Source: Nitrospirota bacterium (lineage in GTDB: Bacteria; Nitrospirota; Thermodesulfovibrionia; Thermodesulfovibrionales; Dissulfurispiraceae). From it: a DNA stretch of 64,000 nt. The position numbers and the translations under genes were made by a program. The notes under the pieces were generated by a model. It was not told the origin of the DNA. It worked only from the letters and a program-made list of their open reading frames with translations, and searched no databases. The stretch covers positions 94,467 through 158,466 of the forward strand of contig CAVPZX010000006.1 in assembly GCA_963710375.1 (NCBI GenBank). Reading direction: 5' to 3'. Of this stretch, positions 9,994-19,688 are shown one piece after another; the first letter of the stretch is position 1, and each line of letters begins with the position of its first letter.

Positions 9994-11864
9994 GTGAATA
10001 CGAGAAGCTTTCCATATGCAATGACGCACAACTGACACTCAGAAAGGCTCATGAAGACGGAGTTGAAACTGTCTGGGACAGATTCAAGAAGCAGGAGCCC
10101 CAGTGCGGATACTGTGAATTGGGGGTGTCATGCCGGATATGCGTTATGGGACCATGCCGTATTGATCCGTTTGGTGAAGGACCTCAGTACGGAGTCTGCG
10201 GCGCAGATGCTGATATTATAGTGGCAAGGAACCTGGCGCGCATGATTGCCGCAGGGGCCGCGTCCCATTCAGACCACGGCCGTGATCTGGTTGAAGTACT
10301 GCACAAAATAGGCCAGGGCCTCGCTCCGGGTTACACTATCAAGGATGCGGACAAGCTCAAACGGGTGGCTGCTGAATATGGCATCGACACCGCGGGACTT
10401 GGCAATGAGGATATTGCCACGCGGTTGGCAGAGGCCATGATGGAAGATTATGGTATGAAGAAGGAACAGATCACGCTAATAAACAGGGCCCCCAAACAAC
10501 GGCTTGAATTATGGAAAAAGCTGAAAGTGATACCGCGCGGTATCGACAGGGAGACCTCGGAGACCATGCATCGCACTCACATGGGTGTGGACAATGAATA
10601 TGTCTCCATACTGCTTCATGCTGTAAGAAACAGTCTTGCCGATGGCTACGGCGGGTCCCTGATCGGTACGGAACTGTCGGATATCATCTTTGGAACTCCC
10701 AAACCGGGTTTCTCCGAAGTCAACCTGGGTGTTCTGAAAGAGGATTACGTTAATATTCTGGTCCATGGTCATAGTCCTGTTGTTTCAGAAATGGTCGGGC
10801 TCGCGGTTGACGACAAAGAGATGATTGAATTGGCAAAATCCATGGGGGCAAAGGGCATCAACCTCGCAGGGCTCTGTTGTACGGGGAACGAGATAATGAT
10901 GCGAAAGAAGATCCCTATGGCTGGAAACCATCTTATGACTGAACTGACCATGGTCACCGGGGTAGTGGAATCCATGATCGTTGACTACCAGTGCATTATG
11001 CCGTCATTAGGACAGGTGGCGCAGTGCTATCATACTAAGATGTACACGACATCGGATAAGGCAAAGTTCCCTTTTATGGAGCATGTTGAATTTACGCCGA
11101 TGAATGCCAGAGAACAAGCATTCAGAATAGTGAAGGAGTCTGTAAAGAACTTCAGCCGCAGAAACAAGGACAAAGTATATATTCCCGTTGCTCCGGTCAG
11201 GAACATGACAGGGTTCTCTGTGGAGTCAATAGTGGCGGCTCTCGGCGGAAGCCTGACGCCCCTGATCGATGCTATCAAGGCGGGGAAAATAAAGGGTGCA
11301 GTCGGTGTGGTCGGCTGCAACAATCCCAAGATAAAGCAGGATTCCGGACATGTCGAACTTATCAAACGACTTATCGCCAATGATATACTGGTACTTACGA
11401 CAGGGTGCGTTAATGTTGCGGCAGGCAAGGCGGGACTGCAGGTGCCGGAGGCGAAGGAGATGGCCGGGCCGGGACTGAAAGAGATCTGTGGACTTCTGAA
11501 TATCCCGCCATCACTGCATTTGGGCTCGTGTGTGGACAATTCCCGTATAATGGTCATTGCCTGTGCGCTTGCAAATGCGATCGGTGTGGATATTGATAAA
11601 TTGCCGCTTGCCGGAGCTGCTCCTGAATGGTACTCCGAAAAGGCCGCGACTATCGCGTTTTATGTTATGGCCAGCGGAATCTTTACGGTGCTTGGGGTGA
11701 TGCCCCCTATCCTGGGAAGCAAGAAAGTCACCGAACTTGCCACATCAGGGTTGAACGGTGTATTTGGCGCATGCTTCGCTGTGGAACCCGATCCTGTAAA
11801 AGCGGCCCAACTTATCACAAATCATATTATGGAGAAAAGGAAAGGGTTGGGACTCAGTGCTTAG
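9990..11864 (+). CDS. cooS: Anaerobic Ni,Fe carbon monoxide dehydrogenase catalytic subunit
   Basis: CRICVMGPC, GVCGA, HSDHG, HGH, GLCCTGNE, DYQC, GCNN, TGC, GSCVDN, SEKA. Confidence 0.96.
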   Translation: MSEYEKLSICNDAQLTLRKAHEDGVETVWDRFKKQEPQCGYCELGVSCRICVMGPCRIDPFGEGPQYGVCGADADIIVARNLARMIAAGAASHSDHGRDLVEVLHKIGQGLAPGYTIKDADKLKRVAAEYGIDTAGLGNEDIATRLAEAMMEDYGMKKEQITLINRAPKQRLELWKKLKVIPRGIDRETSETMHRTHMGVDNEYVSILLHAVRNSLADGYGGSLIGTELSDIIFGTPKPGFSEVNLGVLKEDYVNILVHGHSPVVSEMVGLAVDDKEMIELAKSMGAKGINLAGLCCTGNEIMMRKKIPMAGNHLMTELTMVTGVVESMIVDYQCIMPSLGQVAQCYHTKMYTTSDKAKFPFMEHVEFTPMNAREQAFRIVKESVKNFSRRNKDKVYIPVAPVRNMTGFSVESIVAALGGSLTPLIDAIKAGKIKGAVGVVGCNNPKIKQDSGHVELIKRLIANDILVLTTGCVNVAAGKAGLQVPEAKEMAGPGLKEICGLLNIPPSLHLGSCVDNSRIMVIACALANAIGVDIDKLPLAGAAPEWYSEKAATIAFYVMASGIFTVLGVMPPILGSKKVTELATSGLNGVFGACFAVEPDPVKAAQLITNHIMEKRKGLGLSA

Positions 11865-11870
11865 CTGACT

Positions 11871-11904
11871 TACGGAAGAGACCGGCTACCCGGTCTCTTC
11901 CGTA
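11871..11904. terminator. Perfect 15-bp hairpin between convergent cooS and modA
   Basis: tacggaagagaccgg-ctac-ccggtctcttccgta. Confidence 0.75.
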
Positions 11905-11963
11905 TCGAGGCTGAACCCGTGCAGTTTTTCTTCAATAAGAAGAGCACGGAACTATCCATTTTT

Positions 11964-12740
11964 TTATTTGGCTACTGTTTTAAATCCGTATTTCGCCAAT
12001 ATCTTCTTCCCTTCCGGCGAAGTCACCAGGGCAATGAATGCCTTTGCCAGCGCGCCATTTTGGGATGCTTTTACCACGGCAATGGGATACACAACCGGTT
12101 TATGGCTGGCTTCGGGCGCTGTTGCCGCAATGGCCACTTCGTTTATCCTGATCGTCGCATCGGTAGAATACACTACACCTGCGTCAACCTCGCCCCTGGC
12201 CACATAGTCAAGCACCTGTCGCACGTTTTCTGTGAAGATCAATTTGTCTTTTAAACCGGCAAGCATCTTATAGTATGTTAAAACATCTTCTGCGTACCTG
12301 CCGGCAGGCACTGTCCTGGGATCGCCGATTGCGATCTTTTTTACGTTTTCAGATTGGAGGTCGCCAAAGGATTTTATCGGGACCCTCGTGCTGCGAGGGA
12401 CTATAAGCACAACAGTGTTGGCAGCAAAATTGGTCCTGGTACCGGGACTGATCAATCCCCTTGCCTCGGCGTCATTCATGTCTTTCTGGGCAGCAGAGGC
12501 GAAGACGTCAACAGGGGCTCCACCCGCGATTTGTTGCATCAGGTCTCCGGACGCCCCGAAATTAAACACCACTTTTGTCCCCCTGTTTTTTGCTTCGTAA
12601 ATCTTGCCTATTTCCTCAAAGGCATTTTTCAGACTTATAGCCGCAGAAACAATTATTTCCTTTGGGGGTGCGGCGAAAGCGAGCGATGATGACAAAAAGG
12701 CTGCTACAGTAATAAGTGCCAAAAGTATTTTTTTGAACAT
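11964..12740 (-). CDS. modA: Molybdate ABC transporter substrate-binding protein
   Basis: Signal peptide, SAAISL, GASGDL, VPAGRYA, NVRQVL, VYSTDA. Confidence 0.93.
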   Translation of the reverse strand: MFKKILLALITVAAFLSSSLAFAAPPKEIIVSAAISLKNAFEEIGKIYEAKNRGTKVVFNFGASGDLMQQIAGGAPVDVFASAAQKDMNDAEARGLISPGTRTNFAANTVVLIVPRSTRVPIKSFGDLQSENVKKIAIGDPRTVPAGRYAEDVLTYYKMLAGLKDKLIFTENVRQVLDYVARGEVDAGVVYSTDATIRINEVAIAATAPEASHKPVVYPIAVVKASQNGALAKAFIALVTSPEGKKILAKYGFKTVAK

Positions 12741-12847
12741 GGGTCCTTTTCCTCCTTCGATTGAAACCTGCACAGGGTACTCCTTAAGTTATAAAGCCTG
12801 TCCCATGCGTAATTTATTTTACAACACAAATAGGACTATTGCAAAAG

Positions 12848-12871
12848 CGTTAGGCCATAATGTATATTACG
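12848..12871. promoter_or_regulatory. Putative ModE-binding box overlapping the modE-fdh promoter
   Basis: CGTTAGGCC-N6-TATATTACG resembles the ModE consensus CGTTATATA-N6-TATATAACG; overlaps TTGCAA...TATATT; lies between divergent modA and modE. Confidence 0.5.
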
Positions 12872-12883
12872 CTTTAAATAAAC

Positions 12884-13261
12884 ATGGACAATAGAACTTC
12901 TCGTAAACAGGAAAAGTTATGCCCTTCTCTCAGAGGCCATATCTGGATCGAGGGAAGCGAAGGCACATTTCTGGGGTATGGAAGGATAGCTCTCCTTGAG
13001 CGGATTCGCGAATACGGCTCTATCACGAAGGCGGCAAAGTCGCTGGAGATGCCGTACCGGAAGGCCTGGTTACTAATTGATTCAATGAACCAGCAAGTGC
13101 CTAAACCATATGTTGTGACTTCTGCCGGAGGCAGGAAGGGCGGAGGCACCAGGGTCACACCTGAGGGTGAAAAAGCAATAAAAGTGTTCTGGAAAATCCA
13201 CGCTAAATTCCAAAAATTTTTAATGAGCCAGGCTGGCGTAGTCAGCTCCATCTGTAAATAG
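12884..13261 (+). CDS. modE: ModE-family winged-helix regulator (N-terminal domain only, no TOBE domains)
   Basis: G.GRIALLE.I...GSI..AAK...M.YRKAW and GGRKGGGT..T..G. Confidence 0.85.
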   Translation: MDNRTSRKQEKLCPSLRGHIWIEGSEGTFLGYGRIALLERIREYGSITKAAKSLEMPYRKAWLLIDSMNQQVPKPYVVTSAGGRKGGGTRVTPEGEKAIKVFWKIHAKFQKFLMSQAGVVSSICK

Positions 13262-13275
13262 GCGGGAGGTAACTT

Positions 13276-15960
13276 GTGAGTATCAGGGTCATTATCAACG
13301 GCATCCAAAAAATTGTCGAGGAAGGGCAGACCATCCTTGAGATCTGCAGGGAGTCAGGGTTATTCATCCCGACATTATGCTACGATGAAAGACTTGAGCC
13401 GTACGGAGGCTGCCGTCTTTGCCTCGTCGAGATCAAGGGCATTCCGAGACCGCTTGCCGCCTGTACAACACCTGTTCAGGACGGCATGGAAATAGCCACT
13501 GAAACCGAAAAGCTGACCCATCTTAGAAGGACCAATCTCTCCCTTATTCTCTCGAACCATCCCAATGATTGCATGTGTTGTGAAAAGGCGGGAGATTGCG
13601 ATCTTCAGGAATTGGCCTATATGTATAATGTCAGACCCGGAGAATTCGAGGGCGAGAAATGGGACCTCCCTATACGGGAAGACAATCCTTTCATAACTTA
13701 TGAGCCGAATAAATGTATTCTATGTGCGCGTTGCACGCGCATCTGCAATGAAGTGGTAATGGCCGGAACAATAGACCTTGTCGGAAGGGGCTTTAAAGCG
13801 ATGCCGGACACGGCCTACAGGAAACCCCGCACACTCGAAAACTGCGAGTTCTGCGGGCAATGCGTCTCCACCTGTCCCACCGGTGCGCTGACCGACCGGA
13901 AAGGCAAGGGCAAGGGCCGTTCCCTTGATATTAAGAAAGTAAAGACCACCTGTTCTTACTGTGGGACCGGATGTAATTTCTATCTGAATGTGAAAGACAA
14001 TAAGGTCGTAAAAGTGACCTCCGACTACGATGCTCCTGTGAACAGGGGCAACCTCTGTATCAAGGGAAGATACGGGTACGATTTCATTCACAGCGATGAC
14101 AGGCTGAAGACCCCTCTTATTAAGAGGGACGGGGTCTTCCACGAGGCCACATGGGACGAAGCGCTTGAACTCGTCGCTAATAAATTCAGGGAACTGATAG
14201 ACAAATACGGACCGGAAAAAGTCGGCGGGTTTTCGTCGTCGCGGTGTACGAACGAAGAAAATTATCTCCTTGCAAAATGGGCCAGATGCGCAGTTGGGTC
14301 GAACAACGTCGACAACTGCGCCCGAGTCTGACACGCCCCTACTGTGGCCGGTCTGGCCACAAGCCTTGGAGCGGGAGCTTCTACTAATTCATTAAGTCAG
14401 ATGCCGGATATGGACACACTGTTTCTGTTCGGATCGAATCCTACGGAAGGTCATCCGATCATTTCTTTATGGCTTAAAAAGGCCTTGCGCCACGGCGCTA
14501 AACTCATCGTCGGAGATCCGAGAAAGACCTGGATGGCGAAACGCTCCGACGTCTGGCTGAACCTCAAGCCCGGCAGCAATATCGCCATGTTGAACGGTCT
14601 TATTAATGTCATCCTTAAAAACGGCTGGGAAAACTTGGATTTCATAGCCAAAAGGACGGAAGGTTTTGAGGAACTGAAAGCCAAGGTCCGGCATTATGAT
14701 CTTGACCATGTGGAGAAGCTTACAGGTGTCTCGAAAGAGAAGATCATTGAAGCGGCCCGTATATATTCTCATGCCGGCAAGGCCATGATAGTGTACGGTC
14801 TCGGCGTAACCGAGCACCAGACAGGCACTGAAAACGCTATGGCAATTGCCAATCTTGCGCTTGTCTGCGGTCAACTCGGAAGACCCTCAACCGGTATTAT
14901 GGCGCTGAGAGGTCAGAACAATGTCCAGGGCGCATCAGACCTCGGTCCGCTTCCTGCAACGCTGCCGGGCTATCAGCCCGTCACCGATCCGAAGGTGCGT
15001 GAAAAGTTCGAGAAGGCATGGAACGTCAAGATAAGCCCCAAACCGGGACTTAAATCAGTTGAGATGCTGGATGAGTGCAAGCGGGGAAATTTCAAGGGCT
15101 TGTACATACTCGGAGAAGACCCGGCACAGACAGACCCTGACCTTAATCATGTCCGGAGCGCATTGGAGTCGATAGAGTTTCTTGTAGTGCAGGACATATT
15201 CCCTACCGAGACGACACAGTTTGCCCATGTAATCCTGCCAGGCGCAAGCTTTGCCGAAAAAGACGGGTCGTTTACGAACGGGGAGCGCAGGGTGCAGCGT
15301 GTAAGAAAGGCAATAGAGCCTCTAGCCTGCATGGCGGATTGGCAGGTCATCAGCAGAATTTCAACACTTATGGGATATCCAATGCATTATAATGGCCCCT
15401 CTGAGATAATGGACGAAATCGCGGGCCTGGTGCCCATGTACGGCGGAATTAGCTACGAGCGTATTGAGAAGCAGGGAATCCAGTGGCCCTGTCCTACAAA
15501 AGACCATCCCGGCACGACCACGCTCTACACTGATTTATTCGCGCGGCCCGGAGGATTGGCCAAGTTCATGGCACTGGACCACAAAGGATCCGGCGAAAAG
15601 ACTGATAAAGAATACCCGTTGGTATTGATAACAGGAAGGATCCGGGAACATTACAATAACGGTTCCATGACCGGAAGGGTGCCGGGGATCATGGAACTGG
15701 TCCCTGAAGAACTGCTCGAGATAAGTCCGGAGGATGCGAGGGCGTTAAAGATCAAAAGCGGCGAAATGGTCAGCGTCTCTTCGAGAAGGGGTTCAGTCAA
15801 GGCAAAGGCCAAGGTGAGCGATCGCTCACAAGAGGGCAATATTTTTATGACGTTCCATTTCAGGAATACACTTACCAATATTCTTACCTCGGAACATCGC
15901 GATCCAATATCAGGAACGCCGGAATACAAGTCATGCGCCGTGAGGATAGAAAAGTTATGA
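13276..15960 (+). CDS. fdhF: Selenocysteine-containing Mo/W formate dehydrogenase alpha subunit with N-terminal [2Fe-2S]/[4Fe-4S] domains
   Basis: ORFs 13276..14331 and 14344..15960 are in the same frame, joined by TGA 14329-14331 in DNCARV-U-HAPTVAGL; also RGQNNVQG, CSYCGTGC and the PEYK C-terminus. Confidence 0.93.
14329..14361 (+). promoter_or_regulatory. Sec UGA codon and bacterial SECIS hairpin
   Basis: TGA, then 11 nt, then TGTGGCC-GGTCT-GGCCACA (14343-14361); GGUCU loop and spacing match the E. coli fdhF SECIS. Confidence 0.88.
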
Positions 15961-16007
15961 TTTCTCTTACTTAAAATAATCAAATTGATAAGTCCCCAAT
16001 CAACCCG

Positions 16008-16270
16008 GTGCGAAAAGCTCGAATTGACAGAAGGGTCCCGCAATTCAGACAGTGTAATGAAGGATATGTCTCCTACGCTCAGGCGCTACGTCCTGACAGT
16101 TCTAACGGCTTGTTCGCTACAGTCGCAAAACTCGCCCTTCGGGCTCAGACATTGCGCCTGTTAGACGCTCACTTCGCCGAGAACTGTTACCAGGACTCCG
16201 CGATTCGCTTCAGAGACATATCCTTCATTACACTGTCTGAATTGCAGAGAAGAGTCAGCCACTTTTGCAC
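16008..16270. mobile_element. ~260-bp long palindromic MITE/REP-like element
   Basis: Perfect 33-bp inverted repeat 16040-16072 / 16213-16245; nested inner stems around AAACTCGCCCTTCGGGCTCAGACA. Confidence 0.75.
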
Positions 16271-16348
16271 ATGATCCAAAACAGTTGTATAATTGAAAAT
16301 ATAGCGTTACTTGGCTTACGGATATGGTGAATGAATGGAAGTAATTCG

Positions 16349-17374
16349 ATGAAAACAATATCGGTCTTCGAAGCTGAAGGCATGGTCCTGTGCCACGATA
16401 TTACAGAGATTGTACCGGATATGTTCAAGGGCAGGGCATTCAAAAAAGGGCATGTGGTCCGGCGCGAGGACATCCCCAGGCTGCTCGATCTCGGCAAAGA
16501 GCATCTTTATGTCATGGAATTGAATGAAAAAATGCTGCACGAAAACGACGCAGCGACAAGATTGGCCGTGGCAGCCGGAGGCCCCGGCATCAGCCTGACC
16601 GAGCCGGTGGAAGGCAAGGTTGAGCTGAAGTCTGAAATCAACGGCCTCTTAAAAATCAATGTCCAGGCGCTGGAAGATGTCAATGACATAGACCAGATCA
16701 TTATTGCTTCAATCCACTCAAACCGGATGGTAACCGCGGGGAAAACCCTGGCGGGCTGCCGTGTCGTCCCCCTGGTCATTGAATCTGAAAAAATAGATAA
16801 GGTGGAGACAATCTGCCGGACCTCTTTCCCGCTGTTCGAAGTAAAGCCGCTGCGTTCACTGAACGTGGGCATCATCACGACGGGAAGCGAAGTTTATCAC
16901 GGCCGCATCCAGGACAAGTTTGGCCCGGTGCTGATAGAGAAAGTTTATAAATTGGGCAGCCGTGTGATGCGCCAGCTTTTCGTGTCCGACAGCATTTCGA
17001 TGATCGTAGAAGCGATCGAAGCGTTGCTGCGGGAGGGGGCCGGGTTGATTCTCATTTCAGGCGGTATGTCGGTCGATCCGGATGACGTGACGCCGGCGGG
17101 TATCAAGGCCGCAGGCGGCACTGTGGTTTCCTACGGCGCTCCCGTACTTCCCGGCGCCATGTTCATGCTGGCATATATTGGATCGATCCCTGTGCTCGGC
17201 CTGCCGGGGTGCGTAATGTATCACAAGACGACGATCTTCGATCTCCTGCTTCCCCGGATCCTGGCCGGCGACGGGATCACACGCAAGGATATTGTCAGGC
17301 TCGGCCACGGCGGGTTGTGTTCGATGTGCAATCCCTGCAAGTATCCAGATTGTGCGTTCGGGAAAGGGCATTGA
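16349..17374 (+). CDS. Molybdopterin-binding protein (MoeA/CinA-like C-terminal domain)
   Basis: LCHDITEI, HENDAA, TTGSE, GGMSVDPDD.TP, PGAM, HGGLC..C..C.YP.C. Confidence 0.85.
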   Translation: MKTISVFEAEGMVLCHDITEIVPDMFKGRAFKKGHVVRREDIPRLLDLGKEHLYVMELNEKMLHENDAATRLAVAAGGPGISLTEPVEGKVELKSEINGLLKINVQALEDVNDIDQIIIASIHSNRMVTAGKTLAGCRVVPLVIESEKIDKVETICRTSFPLFEVKPLRSLNVGIITTGSEVYHGRIQDKFGPVLIEKVYKLGSRVMRQLFVSDSISMIVEAIEALLREGAGLILISGGMSVDPDDVTPAGIKAAGGTVVSYGAPVLPGAMFMLAYIGSIPVLGLPGCVMYHKTTIFDLLLPRILAGDGITRKDIVRLGHGGLCSMCNPCKYPDCAFGKGH

Positions 17375-17414
17375 AAATTAGACCCATGGTTTCATCCGGT
17401 TGTCTGCCGCATCC

Positions 17415-18467
17415 ATGATGAAAAAATTGTATCGTCAGATGGCGGATCTCCTGCTCAGCGGAGAGAGTTTCGTTATGGCGACTGTTTTCGATAAAACCGG
17501 ATCAGCGCCGCGGTCCGACGGCTCAAAAATGGTTGTTCGCAGCAACGGCTCGATCATAGGATCGGTTGGCGGCGGGCGTCTGGAAGCCGATGCAATGCAG
17601 CTTGCAAAGAGCGTCTTTCAGAGCAAGCAACCCTTGATCCAGTCCTTTGCCCTTACCGGAGAGGATGCTGATGGCATGGCGATGATCTGCGGCGGGCAGG
17701 GAAAGATTCTGCTCGATTATATCGACGGAAATGATCAAAACAACCGGATCCTTTTCGATAAAGCCGCGGCAATTCTCCAACGAGGCAGTAAAGCCTGGCT
17801 GGTAACCGCGCTCGGAGATCCGAAACAAAAAGCCATACCGGCGCGGCAGCAGTGCCTGGTCAAGCATGATGGAACACTTATCGGGACGATCGGCTGCGAT
17901 CCGGGATTTCTAACAAAACTTGTTTCCGGACCGGCGAGACTGTCCATCCATGCAGAGGTGCTCAACAACATCTTCATCCTTGTCGAGCCGATCCGTCAGA
18001 CGGGAACGCTATATATCTTCGGGGCCGGTCATGTATCGCAGAAAATCGCGCCACTGGCCGAGACCGTCGGGTTCAGGACCGTGGTACTGGACGACCGCAG
18101 TGAATACGCAAGCCGGGCGAAGTTCGCAGAACCTACGGAGCTCATACTTATTGAATCATTTTCCCGATTGCCCGACCTGGGCATAGACGACAACAGCTAT
18201 CTCGTGATTGTGACCAGGGGACATATGCACGACAAGGTGGTCCTGGAGCAGGCTTTGAGGACAGAGGCAGTGTATATCGGAATGATCGGAAGCCGGCGGA
18301 AGCGGGATACTATTTTCGAGACCCTGATACAGAAGGGCGTAACCAGGCATGATCTGGATCGTGTATATTCACCCATCGGCACCGATATCGGGGCGGAGAC
18401 GCCCGAGGAACTCGCCGTGAGCATAGTTGGTGAGTTGATCAAGGTGCGCGCGGAACGGGAATGCTGA
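17415..18467 (+). CDS. XdhC/CoxI-family molybdoenzyme maturation factor
   Basis: GSAPR, GSVGGG, MICGG, FGAGHV, VTRGH, YIGMIGS, AETPEELAVSI. Confidence 0.9.
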   Translation: MMKKLYRQMADLLLSGESFVMATVFDKTGSAPRSDGSKMVVRSNGSIIGSVGGGRLEADAMQLAKSVFQSKQPLIQSFALTGEDADGMAMICGGQGKILLDYIDGNDQNNRILFDKAAAILQRGSKAWLVTALGDPKQKAIPARQQCLVKHDGTLIGTIGCDPGFLTKLVSGPARLSIHAEVLNNIFILVEPIRQTGTLYIFGAGHVSQKIAPLAETVGFRTVVLDDRSEYASRAKFAEPTELILIESFSRLPDLGIDDNSYLVIVTRGHMHDKVVLEQALRTEAVYIGMIGSRRKRDTIFETLIQKGVTRHDLDRVYSPIGTDIGAETPEELAVSIVGELIKVRAEREC

Positions 18468-19627
18468 ACTCAAAAGAAGTAGCCGCCTTGGTGTTGGCTG
18501 CTGGTTGCTCATCACGGGCTCCTGGATTTAAACCGTTGCTGCCGCTGGGCGATGGCACTGTTATAGAAGCAACAGTTCGGAACCTCCGCCGCGGGGGCGT
18601 TGACGATATCATTGTTGTTATCGGCTACCGCATATCAGAAATGATCCGTGAGTTGAACCGTCTGGATATACGGTATGTTTTCAATAAAGACTACGAAAAG
18701 GGAATGTTTTCATCGGTCGTCGCCGGGGTAAGTTCCATCTCTTCTCATGCAGAGGCTTTTTTCTTGTTGCCCTGCGACATGCCGCTTGTGCGGAGTCATA
18801 CCGTTCGGATGCTTTGGAATGCATACCACCGGGTGAGCGCGAAAGTGATCTATCCGGTATTCCTAACGCAGCGGGGCCATCCACCGCTCATTTCAGCGCA
18901 GTGTTGCCCGGCGATTGCATCATGGACGCGACCGGAGGGGTTAAGCTCCCTTTTAGCTCTTTATGAAGATCAATCGTATGAGGTCGAAACAGCGGACGAA
19001 GGGATATTGATGGATATCGACAGTCCCGAAGACTACACCAAAGTCGTGGATCGTTTTCAACACCGTGAGATCCCGACGCATAACGAATGTGAAGCAATCC
19101 TTGCCAAATTGGACGTATCGGAAGGTGTTGTGAGGCATAGCAGGCTTGTGTCCGAGGTTGCCCGGATCCTGGCGGAGCGATTGAATCGAGCAGGGTTGAG
19201 ACTGAATGTCGGACTTGTTGTGGCTGGAGGGATGCTGCATGATCTTGCAAAAGGAAGGTCACATCACGAACGTCTCGGGGCACGAATGCTGGATATCCTG
19301 GAGTATTGCGATGTGGCTGCAATTGTTGCCTTGCACCGTGACATCCAATTCGAGGAAGGGCAGCCGCCGAACGAAGCTGCGGTGCTCTACCTGGCTGATA
19401 AATTGGTAAAAGGCGATCGTCTTGTCTCAATCGACGAGCGGTTTCAGGGAACTCTGGAGAAGTTTTCGCGGAACTTTGAAGTTCTTCTCAGGGTAAGGCA
19501 GCGCCTGCTCAATGCGCGGGTCATAGGCAGAGCGGTGGAGCGTTTGATTGGAACGAGCCTGGAACAGGCTCTTTCGGAGGATCGTGAAAAGAGAATAGGG
19601 AAAAGCACCTGGGGCATACCGATTTGA
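18461..19627 (+). CDS. MocA-like nucleotidyltransferase fused to an HD domain
   Basis: LAAG.SSR, GMFSS, PCDMP, GHPP, DID.PEDY; C-terminal H...LHDLAK...YLADK. Confidence 0.85.
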   Translation: MLNSKEVAALVLAAGCSSRAPGFKPLLPLGDGTVIEATVRNLRRGGVDDIIVVIGYRISEMIRELNRLDIRYVFNKDYEKGMFSSVVAGVSSISSHAEAFFLLPCDMPLVRSHTVRMLWNAYHRVSAKVIYPVFLTQRGHPPLISAQCCPAIASWTRPEGLSSLLALYEDQSYEVETADEGILMDIDSPEDYTKVVDRFQHREIPTHNECEAILAKLDVSEGVVRHSRLVSEVARILAERLNRAGLRLNVGLVVAGGMLHDLAKGRSHHERLGARMLDILEYCDVAAIVALHRDIQFEEGQPPNEAAVLYLADKLVKGDRLVSIDERFQGTLEKFSRNFEVLLRVRQRLLNARVIGRAVERLIGTSLEQALSEDREKRIGKSTWGIPI

Positions 19628-19688
19628 ACCGGAAGATCTATTGTTTGACATTTATAATCACTTAGAGTTTTTATAAGTATAAGTATGA

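Noticed and set aside
13276..15960. fdh as a pseudogene or two genes
   Set aside because: The TGA is at the catalytic Sec position, in frame, with a SECIS hairpin.
16008..16358. ORFs 16008..16274 and 16161..16358
   Set aside because: Mirror-image translations of the palindromic element.
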